Shown here piece after piece: positions 37,400 through 50,284 of a DNA stretch of 64,000 nucleotides. A program made the position numbers and the translations under genes. The stretch is from positions 15,748,001 through 15,812,000 of the forward strand of contig NC_043010.1 of assembly GCF_006345805.1 (NCBI RefSeq), written 5' to 3'. The notes beneath the pieces are model-generated. The model was not told where the DNA came from and made no database searches. It saw nothing but the letters and a program-made list of their open reading frames with translations. The stretch comes from Octopus sinensis. Lineage: Eukaryota. Each line of letters begins with the position of its first letter. Positions within the stretch are counted from its first letter, which is position 1.

Positions 37400-39122
37400 T
37401 GCCATACGACGGCGAGAAAGGTGGCTCTCCTAACTCAGACCTGGTCTGAGCGGAAGCTGTCCTTGAAAGGGAGGGTGGAGGTTACAGAGGTGTTTATTGC
37501 CTCTGTAATCACTTACCGCCTGACCGTCATGCCTTGCCCCAATTTGTGGCTGAACAAGCTGGAATGCATACTCTTTCGCTTTTTGTGGAGGGGCAGCAGA
37601 CCTCTTGTAAAGCGCTCTATCTGCTGCCAAAAGCTGTTGAAGGGTGGGTTAGGGATGCCATGGCTAAAAATGCGCGGACATGCGCTCAGGCTTAGGCACC
37701 TCTGGCTTTACCTGGACGGTGAGCAGGTGTGGTCTCCATTCGGCAAGCTGTTATTTCCACAGTTCACATCGTTTACCAAACTGAACCCATGGATCAAGTG
37801 TAGACCGAAGTTGGGCGTGTGGCATGCAGAGTGCCATTAGGCACTCGGGCTTCTCTCCCAGTCGGGCAACGCTGGTGGCGGGGGTACTACCTCGTTCTTC
37901 TATAGAGGGTTAGTAGAGTTTAAGTGTGACGACGTCCTGGGAGAAACCCTGGGCTTCAACGAAGATCAACTGGCCAGCCTGTTCCATAGAGCATTCGGTC
38001 CGGGGCCTATGGATAATTACCAAAAGTCCCTGGCCTGGCAATGTTACAGAGGAGCTTTACCGGTTCGAGATAAGCTCTTTAGACATGGGTGTGCACCTTC
38101 GCTGGTTTGTGCAAGATGCGAGAGGGACAGTGAAACTGTCCTGCACGCGATTGTCCAATGCCCCAAGGTGACTGAACTCTGGGCTTATGTCGAACACCTG
38201 CTGTCACATTCGAGAAGAGTACAACTGTCGAGCGAATCTGTAATTAAGATCGTTCCGGTAGTTGCTGTGGTGAAAGAGGTAGTATGGAAGACGAGAGTGA
38301 AAGGAATTGCAACAGGCATGTTCATCTCCAGTCTTGAGCTAATCAACTTTTTCGTTTTCCACATGAAACGAAAAATAAGGCTGGGTGGAAGTCTATAGCA
38401 AGTATGTTGCGAGTGAAAGAACCTGTTTAATCGAGAATGTAAAAAAGGAGAAAGCAAAGTCTTCAGTGTGAGTATGTGGTTTGTGGGGTCAACCGCGTCC
38501 TCCGCTTCATTTTGTGTTAATCACTCACTCTCATTTAATTATATATATTTTAATTGTTTGTTTATTCATACGTTTCGTCTCATTCGATACCCTGACCCCA
38601 ACGTTTGTTTTGTCTGTTCCAATATTGTCCCCTCTTTGGACTTTTTCGGTTTGAACGGCAGTTTTTTCTAGCAGTGTCATATGAAATTGTCACCCATAAT
38701 TATGACCCTAGTATCGATCTATTGCATTTCAATCTATTGCATTTCAATCTGTTTTAGGGTTATGGTTAGGGGTGGGGGGAAGGGTATCTTTTTGTCTTCA
38801 CAAATGTAAATAAACCCAATCTGTTTCTTAAACTAGGGACATATTCATACGGCACAGAATGTTTTCACCTCAATAGACGTCATTGATTGGTTGAAATTGA
38901 AGATAAAAGACAACAAATATCTTACAAACTATAGAATTTTCTCAATAAAGCCAAGAGACAAAGATGTTTTATAAACACATTCTACCAGTATACGAAGTTT
39001 AAAATTTTTTAGTTACTTAGAAATTATGTTAAAAACTGCCGTTCAAACCGAAAAGATCCCGTTTGTTTTGTCTGTCCCCGTATGGTCCCCTCTTTTCTCA
39101 ACCTTATGGTGAATAAAGAAAT
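37400..39122 (+). mobile_element. Second L1/Tx1-clade LINE fragment (RT thumb, zinc-finger C-terminus, 3' UTR)
   Basis: RKLSLKGRVEV..FRFLW..GGLGMP, then AWQCYRGALPVRDKLF..CARC..ETVLHAIVQC (CCHC). 3' end aataaagaaatt. Interrupted by a MITE at 38638-39060. Confidence 0.88.
38638..39060. mobile_element. MITE with ~30-bp TIR (GGGATCTTTTCGGTTTGAACGGCAGTTTTT); arm fragments at 27784-27922 and 29170-29345
   Basis: TIRs are visible and the interior is shared among three loci. Superfamily not determined. Confidence 0.85.
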
Positions 39123-39831
39123 TCTCTCTCTCTCTCTCCCTTTGTTTGTTTTGTTTTACTCCCCCCATCATATTTTGACAACTCTTCCTGTCACCAGAGG
39201 CGTAATGTCAAGGAAGAAAACGTAACTCTTGATTGAAAATTGTCAAAATATCTGTCTAAACTATGAATTGCATCTCTCTTAACTCTTTCAGCATCACTCT
39301 TATCTCTCTCACACATCTTGATAGGTACCCCCACCACCTCTCCCAATTGATGTCCTGGTCATCGTCAACAACGACAGACAAACATTATAATACACATACA
39401 TAATGTAATCCAACAATTGACCTGACATTTCAGTCGGCTTTTTGCCTTCTATGTTTATTAAACACACACACACATTTCTGTGTGTTTCCGTTATATTTTT
39501 TCAATACTCTACACATGTCACTTAATATTTCAGTTAAATTTTGAGGCTTGTTTTGACAAGTCTTCGCTTCTCCCATTTCACTGTCTCACCCTCAACTACC
39601 TCTCTGTAATCTATCTTTTCCTCACTCTTTGCTATGGTAAAAAGTGAGGGACAAATATTTCCTCTACCACTCCCTACTCTTATCGACTGTTTTATCATTT
39701 CCTTTTTTTTTTTTCATCAATTTGGCAATGTCCTTCTTTTTCCCCCACCCTCGAAATGCATATTTTATTTTCTCTCATTTCCTTTTGAAATAATCTAAAC
39801 TACCCCCATCTCACTCATTAATCTCTGAGAA

Positions 39832-40115
39832 AAACCTAATCATGATCGTTCGACTTGCTAGAAATAGCATTTAAATCGTCCTAATATAGCAATGCAGATT
39901 AGGATACACAAAAAGGCAGGATGGTCATGGCTGGAACACTTTGATCATAGGTTTACTCAATCAAACCTAATCATGATCGTTCGACTTGCTAGAAATAGCA
40001 TTTAAATCGTCCTAATATAGCAATGCAGATTACGATACGCAAAAAGGCAGGATGGTCATGGCTGGAACACTTTGATCATAGGTTTACTCAATCAAACCTA
40101 AGCTGAGGCTGAACA
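39832..40115 (+). repeat. Family E retroposon 3' part, here as a 131-bp tandem duplication. Related pieces at ~1000-1090, 1840-1900, 4200-4375, 14280-14900(-), 15210-15320(-), 35280-35420(-), 36220-36350(-), 59920-60005
   Basis: Recurrent gacttgctagaaatagca..ggatggtcatggctggaa..tttgatcatag..gctga..aaacaac. Confidence 0.7.
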
Positions 40116-40447
40116 ACTATACATAGTTTTAAACTCTTCCACTAAATCTTTTCCCTCCATCTCACTAATTCTTTCCTCTTCTATTTGTTTTTTTTTCTCT
40201 CCCGTTAATCTACTTTAAATCTCGTACTCATTATTATCTCCATCCTTACTTCTCTTTTTTTTTTTATTTACTTTCTTCTCGTTGTTTACTTAACACTCTT
40301 CCTTTTATAACATCACTCTCTCCATCCTCACTCTCTTTTTCCCTCCAATTTCTCTCTCCATCCTCACTCTCTTTTTCCCTCCAATTTCTCTCTCCCTCCC
40401 TCTCTCACATTGACTGAGTAGAGTAATCCTCCACCTACTCTTCTCTT

Positions 40448-40695
40448 TCTCCGTCACTCTCTCTCACACTCCTTTCTCCGTCACTCTCTCTCTCACACTC
40501 CTTTCTCCGTCACTCTCTCTCACACTCCTTTCTCCGTCACTCTCTCTCTCACACTCCTTTCTCCGTCACTCTCTCTCACACTCCTTTCTCCGTCACTCTC
40601 TCTCACACTCCTTTCTCCGTCACTCTCTCTCTCACACTCCTTTCTCCGTCACTCTCTCTCTCACACTCCTTTCTCCGTCACTCTCTCACACACTC
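40448..40695. repeat. 27-29-bp minisatellite, 9 units (tttctccgtcactctctc(tc)acactcc)
   Basis: Direct reading. Confidence 0.95.
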
Positions 40696-40911
40696 ACAGA
40701 CGGTTCAGAAGTCTTATATTACAACAGCCTCCACCTCAGCCTCTCATCCCACACTTTTCCTTGTTGACACACACACACTCTGTCTCGCTCTCACTCTTTC
40801 ACTCTCACACGACCAGCGCGCACATGCCGAGAGCAAGAATAAGCTACGTTAATACACTATAACTAAGGTGGTTGCCTGTTTTAGCTTTTATTTCCTGAAT
40901 GGATCTACATC

Positions 40912-41062
40912 ATGTCGACCCCGTCTCAAGACCCTTACCCGGATAAGGAGAGAGTCAGTAGCACTGAGTTACCCATGGAAGAACGTAGCCAGACCCGAGC
41001 ACGTCCCGTGCCACCCGTACCCGAGAGACCAGCCTCTATCAGGGTGTCTAAACATGGCCAAG
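40912..41062 (+). CDS. Candidate start-codon exon of an unidentified host gene (MSTPSQDPYPDKERVSSTELPMEERSQTRARPVPPVPERPASIRVSKHGQ, phase-1 donor)
   Basis: catcATGt start, 50 open codons, consensus donor AAG|GTAAGT at 41062/41063. Non-repetitive and CpG-richer than the flanks. Possible upstream acceptor gttttag| at 40884. Absent from the ORF track because the unspliced ORF is only 52 aa. Confidence 0.6.
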
Positions 41063-41417
41063 GTAAGTGACACACACATTTCAAATACGCACTTAACGAT
41101 TTATGTTCTAGCATTTCGTTTGAAAGGACAATTGAGTGAAATCCGTGTGAACACGTACGCGTAGAAAATGTTGATCGGGGAAGGATGTGGACTGGATTTA
41201 TGGATGCAGATGTGTCTGGGTAATTATAAAACAGCAATTATATACCATCAACTGTTTTTCAGTTTCTCTCTCTCTAAGGTACGCGCACGCGCACACATCC
41301 TCTGTGTCTCGCTCGCGCGCACACACATATATGTCTATTGCCGAGTTAAACTCCGCCTATACACACACACACACACACACACATTATATATATATACATA
41401 CATACACGCACACACAT

Positions 41418-41847
41418 AATCGTCACATATATCACACGCACACTCGTCACAATATATAAACACACACAGACACACTCGTCACAATATATACACACGCACA
41501 CACACACTCGTCACAATATATATACACGCACACACACTTGTCACTATATATACACGCACACACACATACTCGTCACAATATATACACACGCACAGATACA
41601 CTCGTCACAATATATATACACACACACACGTACTCGTCACAATATATACACACGCACACCACTCGTCACAATATATATATATACACACGCACACACTCGT
41701 CACATATATACACATATACTCGTCACAATATATACACACGCACACACTCGTCACAATATATATACACACACATACTCGTCCCAATATATACACACACACA
41801 CGTACTCGTCACATATATACACACGCACACACACACACTCGTCACAA
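41418..41847. repeat. ~30-bp minisatellite, 15 units (ctcgtcacaatatatacacacgcacaca-like)
   Basis: Direct reading. Confidence 0.95.
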
Positions 41848-43394
41848 TGTAGGACGCACCCATGTTATTATTATGTGACACAGATCTATGTATAAATGCA
41901 AATGCGTACAGAGATGTGTGTTTATGCGTTGGTTTCATGTTTTATACGTGTGTAATGTGTGTGTGTATAATAAATTGTGATTATGTATTTGACTTGATAT
42001 GTTTATAAACCGTCTCCAATTAGCTCCACACCTTTCTGAGTATCTGCATCACTAATTGATAATTGTTCAATGGTGATTTGCCCGGTGTTTTTCACTCAGC
42101 TAGATCGATGGCTATATATGAAGGTCCCTACATCTATATCTGTTATTGTAGTAAATATATTCTTGTATTTTTCGGTAGACAATCGACTTAGAGGTGTGTC
42201 TGCTTTTATATTTACTGTTGGTGCTTCTCTTTGTGTGTTAACACAATTTTGGATAATGTGTAGAATATTTTATAATATAGGAAACAGTGACTGAATAAAC
42301 CGATTTCGTGTGTGTGTGCGGGCTATGTCTAATATCTATTATAAATTTTTGACAGTGACTTCGAAGTCACGTGTGTGTGTGTTAACGTTAACAGAATTTT
42401 ACTCAGTATTTATTTAGTTGAAAACATTAAACGTTTTCATACAAAGAAAATTGTACAAACGTATATATAATATATACATACATGTATGTATGTGTGTGTT
42501 GATGTATGTGTATATTATGCTTGTATAAATATGTAACTAGTACCGAATGATCGCCTATATATATATATATATATGTATATAGATATATAGATAGAGAGAG
42601 AGAGCAATAAGAAAATGGAGAGGATCAATAGGTGGTTCGTCAACTTTTAGACATTATATTATGTTAACTTATTTATTTACTAAAATGACAATTACAAGAA
42701 TATACATACATGTATAACATATTATGCTTTACATATAAAATATATTAATATATAAAGATACCAGTGATTATTAGAATATAACATACAGGAATATAAATTG
42801 GGAAAAATGCAATTAGCTTTCGGAAAACACCCACCAAAATTTAACTCGGTTACACATCAGCTGACCAAATAACTTTTTAACCAAGTTGGGTTTTTTTATG
42901 ACACCTAAAAAAAAAAACCCTAGTACCTGAAACTGACATTCCTAACTAGACACACCTAACCACAAAGTTTTTACACACACACACACACATACTCTCTCTC
43001 TTTACTTGTTTCAGTCATTTGACTGCGGCCATGCTGGAGCACCGCCTTTAGTCGAGCAACTCGACCCGGGACTTATTCTTTGTAATCCCAGTACTTATTC
43101 TATCGGTCTCTTTTTGCCGAACCGCTAAGTTACGGGGACATATGCACACCAGCATCGGTTGTCAAGCGATATTAGATGGGACAAACATACACGCACACAC
43201 ATACACACACACACACATAAATATATATATATACGACGGGCTTCTTTCAGTTTCCGTCTACCAAATCCACTCACAAGGCTTTGGTTGACCCGAGGCTATA
43301 GTAGAAGACACTTGCCCAAGGTGCCATGCAGTGGGACTGAACCTGGAACCATGTGGTTGGTAAACAAGCTACTTACCACACAGCCACTCCTGCG

Positions 43395-43760
43395 CCATAA
43401 CTTGCATTCAAGAAGCTTTGAAACTTTTTCAAGGCTGACATCTATTTCAAAGAAGTACAAAACTCTTAATCTCCTTCAAAAGTAGGATCTTCTGGCTTCA
43501 ATGAACCTATTGTAGTGTTCCAGCTTCCTTCTGAGGGCCCCACGGAAGTCATCCAAAACGAAGGTGTCCAGGACTCTTATCACAACCTCCTTTATCTTCC
43601 TCTTTAGTTTAGGGAACAACCAAAACTTACAGGTGCAAGGTCTGGACTGTAATGATGATGAGGGACAGTTTTGATGCCCCATCTTTGTTGAGCAGTTGGT
43701 TACCAAGATGGAAATGTGCATTGTCCTGGTACAGGTGTTCTTCTGGTCTTTTGTGATGAA
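43395..43760 (-). pseudogene. Mariner transposase C-terminal relic
   Basis: Frameshifted YQDNA(H)..SILVTN..KMG..(YSPDLAP)..FWLFPKLK..YFEG. Confidence 0.75.
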
Positions 43761-45564
43761 ATCTCTTCATACACTCTTTCAAATCCTCGCTCAAATGGTG
43801 CTCAGATGGAGCTGTTAGCGCTCAACTGGCACAGGTGCCAGTCATCGAATATGGTTCAATTTCGATTTCACTTTCCCCAACATATCTTCGAAAGCAGAGT
43901 TTAGTGTCCAATGAAGGGAGGTTGGCATGGGTGCCAGTCGTCAAATTTGGTTCGATTTTGAATTCAATTTCGATTTCACTTGCCTCAACAGGTCTTTGCA
44001 AGCAGAGTTTTGTGTCCAAAGAAAGAAAGGTATGCATAAGTGGGCTGGCTACATCCCTGGTAAAGGCTACGGGTTATGGTCTCACATGCCCTGCTGGGTC
44101 TTCTCACGCACAGCATACTTCCAAAGGTCTCAGAAATATAAATACAATAAGAATAATAATATCAGGACATAACAACAGGTGTCTTTCGACTGGGGACGAA
44201 TTGAATTCAGCTGCCATGTGTGGAAATGAAGCCTTACGGCAGAGATACAAAACTTTCATGAACACAGGGAAGAATATCGTCGCAGCTCATTTATCAACGT
44301 GCAAGTGGCCAAGCATTTCACAGACACTTGTACCCTTAATGTAGTTCTTGGGGAGATTCAGCGTGACACAGAGTGTGACAAGGCTGGCCCTTTGAAATAC
44401 AGGTACAACAGTATCAAGAAGAAAGAGTGAGAGAAAGTTGTGGTGAAAGAGTACAGCAGTATGAACCAGACATTATAAAGTTAGACTTTTCTGTTTATAT
44501 TTTCTCTGATGAACTGGAATACCTATGATTCGAATTTCATCAAAATTGCAGATGAGGGTTATTTCCCTCTTTACACACCCTAAAAAAATTGTAATCATGA
44601 CACATATATCCCATACTACTGATTTTTATGCATAGATTCCAAAATTCCTGTCTTATAGAACCTGTTAAAAGGATTTTGCTCCTGAAAAATGGAGGTCATG
44701 GAGCTCTAAAATGGGGGTGGGTGTCTTAATGTCACCCAGAAAAGTTGAATTGTTGAGAATCTTTTTAACTTGGGTCTTATAATCTATTGTTTGAATGTCT
44801 TTGAAATAGGAAATATATGTATGTTCACTGGGTTTGTAAAAGGGAGCAAAGCTACAGGAAATGGAAAGACGAATGATCACAATAAGCAGTCAGTTACCCT
44901 ACCCTAGTCGTTACCACTCCCAATGTAGGATTCCTCACCATACAGGTGACAGGCACAGCTGTAAGATGCATTACAGATCTATAGCAATTGGAAGGGCGTG
45001 ACCCAACTGAAATAAACATTAACAACTGTGTGACGTGAGGGCTAAGGAGAAATGAAAGTGTCACTTCTGGAATTTGCAAATGACTACTATACTGATACGT
45101 AACTGGACAGAATAAATTTACAATCTATAAATGTCTTTGAATAACCAGTCACTCACCTGGGAAGGCCTTGAAATCAATGTTACCATCTGGGGACTCTGTG
45201 ACCCAGTGATAATAAAAAGACTGAAAGGAGGTCTGCAACCAAATAACTTTACTCAACTCTTTGCAACTGAATCAGTGGAGGCAAAGATGCGTCTCATTTA
45301 CTTGACAGTTTATGCACCACCCTGCAGAAAACACAACTCTTCTGTTTTAGCCTCAGACCAACCAAAGCCTTGTCAGTGGGTTTTGTAGACAGAAACTGAA
45401 AGAAATCAATCATATATATATATGTATGTAGGTATGTAAGTGGTAATACTAAGTGATCATTGACACTTATTACTACTTGATGTGGTTAGCCATAACCTGG
45501 AATCCACTTGAGAGCCAACCTAGCACCTGCCTGAATAATTTATCCCTGTACACTCATGTTTATT

Positions 45565-45603
<39 letters not shown>

Positions 45604-46019
45604 CAATATAGTGAGTGTATACAAGTGCATCTTTTCCTTGACATATGGACTCTTAGACAACTAAGGTATGATATATATATCTATCTATATATATATACAC
45701 ACACATATATATATGCATATATATATAGATAGATAGATAGATATGCATCAAATGAAATAAAAAGCAGAACACAAAGGATGTCGCGGTACACATGTTTCAA
45801 GCTTTATACAATAACCTATTCTTACATCAATGTATAATCGACATAACAGGTGGTTTAAAGCTCTCTTCAGCCGCATGCAATTGCTATACCCTCTCACCTC
45901 TGCTACTAGCTGGCATATACAGGTGCTTACACTTATCAAGTATTCACCCTGAATTTATATAGGTAGGTTGGTAGGTAGGCAGGTAGGCAGGCAGAGAGAA
46001 AGAGAGAGATCTGTCTCTG

Positions 46020-48110
46020 ATCTCACATGCTAGTCATGGAATACACTGTTAGAAGGAGGAGGATGGCATTCCTAAAAGAAACTAGCTTGCTGACAAACCT
46101 GTAATAATGGCTTCTATTCAATGAAGGGCTGCTTCACATAGCTACTACACCATTTTTACTGGGTTCTGAAAAACAGATCAACCAATCAAATGTGTGTATG
46201 CATATATATCTGGACTTTGCCAAAACCTTTGATGATGTTGATCATAAGTCACAAACTGCTTGACCTTGATATCCTTGGAAAACCAAGGGAGTGACTGCAC
46301 GACTTTTTAAAAGGTAGAAGTCAGAGAGCCACGGCCAATAGTGCCCTTTCTCTGTGAAGAGACATCAATTTTCAGTGGAGTCCCCCAGGGAATTGTACTG
46401 GAACTGCCTCCTACTGTTGCAGTGGAGGCACATGGCCTAGTGGTTAGAGCAGTGGACTCGCGGTCGAGGGATCGCAGGTTCGAATCGCAGACCGGGCGAT
46501 GTGTGTGTTTATGAGCGCAACACCTAAGCTCCACACCTAAAACTTCTGCCGACTCTTTCGCCACAACTTTCTCTCACTCTTTCCTCCTGCATCTTGCAGC
46601 TCACCTGCGATGGACCGGCGTTCCGTCCAGGTGGGGAACCTATACGCCAAGAAACCGGGAAACCGGCCCTTATGAGCCAAGCATGGCTCGAGAAGGAACA
46701 AACAACAACAAAAAAACAAAACTACAAGCTACTGTTGCAGTGGTTCTTACAGACATGTGTGCAGTCACACAGTCAGCTACTCTCACCAGCTTTGTTGACA
46801 AAACAAAACTATCACAAGCTGTTAAGAACCGTAATGGCACCATAAAACTAAAGAATGTCCTAAGTGCAGTATACAAGTAGGCTGGTGGAAAATTTACAAC
46901 ATTGAACTGAATGCTGTTCAATAAAAATTTTCAAGCACTCTGATATCAGCCCATGAACAGATAGCAATCTGGATACACAGAACCAAAGTTGACACATAAC
47001 CTAGGAGCCCACGTAAGTAATGATGCATCATTCATCATCATCATCGTTTAGCGTCCGCTTTCCATGCTAGCATGGGTTGGACGGTTCAACTGGGATCTGG
47101 GAAGCCAGAAGGTTGCACCAGGCCCAGTCTGATCTGACAATGCTTCTACGGCTGGATGCCCTTCCTTACGCCAACCACTCCGTGGGTGTAGTGGGTGCTT
47201 TTTACATGCCACCGGCACGGAGGCCAGGCGAGGCTGGCAACGGCCACGATCGGATGGTGCTTTTTATGTGCCACCGGCATGGAGGCCAGTCGGGGCGGCG
47301 CTGGCAACGGCCACGTTCGGATGGTTCTCTTACGCGCCACCGGCACTGGTATCACAGCTACAATTTCCATTGATGTTGATCGATTTTGATTTTGATTCCA
47401 CTGTGCATATTACTGAGATGGCAACACTGCAGGCAAGTGACTGGCTGGTTGTGAGATCGTGTAGAACAAGGAAAAGGGAAAGTATGCTACTACCTATGGA
47501 GAATATTTGTTCTCAGTAGCCTGGATTGCTGTTCCCCACAATGGTCACCGCAAAGTTCAAGTTAATAGCAGAACTAGAGGCAATCCAATGCCACTACACC
47601 AGGAAGGTTAACTCATTGCAACAGATGAGCTGTTAGTAGAGGCTGAAAGTGCTGACTCTACTTTCTAGGGATAAGACCTGAAAGATATGCAGTGTGTGTG
47701 TGTGTCTAGTTCTCAACTTTGGAATTGGAAGTTATACCAAACACTGGAGTTCATGTCGCTGCAGAGTTCCGAAGATCCTATCCTCTCCATCTTGAGTTAG
47801 GACACAATATTGTAACAGCTTAGATTTTTAAGGGCCCGCAACTTTTCGACACTTTTGCCAGACCACTTCAGGGATCTGTGAAGAGCAGATAAGGATGTAT
47901 TCAAAAAATATTTGGACAAATTTCTAAAGTACCAGATGAACTTGCATCACGACAGGAAAAATAAGAAAGAGTAGCTTTGGCCAACTCGTTACTTCATCAG
48001 AAACAGTTCTGGAGCGAGCTGGGAAATGAGTGTTAAGTAGAAACCAATCACACTAAAGGTTGTACCCCAGCGTAGCCATAGAAACCAGTAAAAGTAAGGA
48101 TATATTTGTG
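46020..48110 (+). mobile_element. Older copy of the same CR1/L2-group LINE, interrupted by SINE C and an RTE 3' fragment
   Basis: Degenerate YLDFAKTFD, SGVPQG, FVDKTK, IAELEAIQ.HYT and KGPQLF motifs collinear with 24970-26786. Confidence 0.75.
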
Positions 48111-48972
48111 TGTGAAGTTAATCCAAACATGAAAACACAAAGAGAAAACACAACAATGCTCAGGAAAGAAGGAGGGTTTAACGTTTCGAGCGGAGCTCTT
48201 CGTCGGAAACATAGGAAAAGGTAACATCCAAAGAAGGGAAGACGGAGGAGAAAAAAAAATCGCCAACAGTACACACGCGAGCACATTTTATATATATGTG
48301 TGTGTGTGTGTGTATGTGTGCATATATATGTATTCCTTTGTTCTTTTATACATTTCAGCCTTAAGGCTGTGGCCATGCTGGGGCACCATGCATATTATAC
48401 ATGTGTGTGTGTATTGGAGGTGACAGATCTCATCTAAGTATGTTGTTTGTTCCTTCTCGAGCCATGCTTAGCTCATAAGGGCCAGTTTCTCGGTTTCTTG
48501 GCGTATAGGTTCCCCACCTGGACGGGACGCCAGTCCGTTGCAGGTAAGCTGCAGAATGCAGGAGGAAAGAGTGAGAGAAAGTTGCGGTGAAAAAGTCAGC
48601 AGAGGTTTCGCCATTACCTTCTGCCGGAGCTTCGTGGAGCTTAGGCGTTTCGCTCATAAACACACACCTCGCCCGGTCTGAGATTCGAACCCACGATCCC
48701 TTGATTGCGAGTTCGCTGCTCTAACCACTAGGCCATGTGCCTCCACAATCTAAGTGAATGCATTTCATTCACAAGGCCTAAAAAGGTCAAAATATATCTG
48801 GTGTTCTCACTAGCTGCTACAGCTGCTGGGATGATTTTCATCTCCTAATATATATTGTTTTCAAACACAGCATGTCCATAAGAGATATCTTCAAATGAAT
48901 GTCACTATAAATTTCCTTTTAGCGATGTATTAACATTATGATATACAGATCAAATGGATATATATATATATA

Positions 48973-49605
48973 TCATCATCAGTATCATTGTTTAACTTCC
49001 ACTTTACATGCTGGCATGGGTTGGACAGTTTGACTGAGGACTGGCCAGCCAGTAGGCTGCACCAGGCTCCAATCTGATCGAGCAAGTTTTCTACAGCTGG
49101 ATGCCCTTCTTAATGCCAACCACTCCATGAGTGTAGTGGGTGGTTTTTACATGCCACCTGCATGGGAGCCTGTCGGGTGGCACTGGCATCGACCACATTT
49201 GAGTGGTGCTTTTTACGTGCCATTGGCATGGGGAGCCAGTCATGCGGGATGGCACGAACCCACGCTCAGATGGTGCTTATTACAGGTGCCAATCAGGCAG
49301 CACTGGCCACGACTATAATTTCGACTTCACTTGACTCAACAGGTCTTCTCAAGCACATCACATTTTCTGACGATAGAAGGGTACTTTTAAATGGGTTGGT
49401 TATGCAACACTGGCATCGGCCACGGCTACAATCTCACCTTATTTGCCGGGTCTTCTCAATTACAACATATCTCCAAAGGTCTCAGTCTCATGTCACTGCT
49501 TCTGTGAGGCCCAACTTTTGAAGGTCATGCTTCACCACCTCATCCCATGTCTTCCTGGGTCTACCTCTTCCACAGGTTCCTTCCACTGTTAGGGTGTAAC
49601 TCCTC
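48973..49605 (-). mobile_element. RTE LINE 3' fragment
   Basis: GRGRPRKTWDEVVKHDLQKLGLTEA, then the 3' UTR and tail. Confidence 0.85.
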
Positions 49606-50284
49606 TTTACATAGGCTATATATATATATATATATATATGGCACCAGTGCAGGTGGCACGTAAAAAGCACCCACTACACTCTCGGAGTGGTTGGCGTTAG
49701 GAAGGGCATCCAGCTGTAGAAACTTTGCCAGATAAGACCGGAGCCTGGTGCAGCCTTCTGGCTTCCCAGATCCCCGGTCGAACCGTCCAACCCATGCTAG
49801 CATGGAGAACGGACGTTAAACGAAGATGATGATGATATATATATTTATAGGGCGGCGAGCTGGCAGAAATGTTAGCACGCCGGGCGAAATACGTAACCGT
49901 ATTTTGTCTGCCGTTACATTCTGAGTTCAAATTCCGCCGAGGTCGAATTTGCCTTTCATCCTTTCGGGGTCAATAAATTAAGTACCAGTTATGCACTGGG
50001 GTCGATGTAATCGACTTAATTCCTTTGTCTGTCCTTGTTGGTCCCCTCTGTGTTTGGCCCCTTGTGGGTAGTAAAGAAATATATATATATATATTTGTAG
50101 TCCACAGATGAAATCTAGAGATTCTCAGTACAGAAGACACTTGGAGTGCTTAATGCTCAAAAGATTCAAACTTTGACTCCAAAGTCTTTACGGGGGATCA
50201 ATTCCACAGGGCAACGAGTTGTTATAATAGGGATCAAGTTGAGTAGATATAGAGGCAGTTATGCAGATAAACAAATTAGATATA

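Noticed and set aside
45157-45220. Minus-strand 64-nt exon candidate (tttcag|...CAG|GTGAGT) reading SFYYHWVTESPDGNIDFKAFP, faintly EF-hand-like
   Set aside because: It is isolated with no partner exons. Splice motifs of this strength occur by chance in 64 kb, and the EF-loop lacks the position-1 Asp and position-12 Glu.
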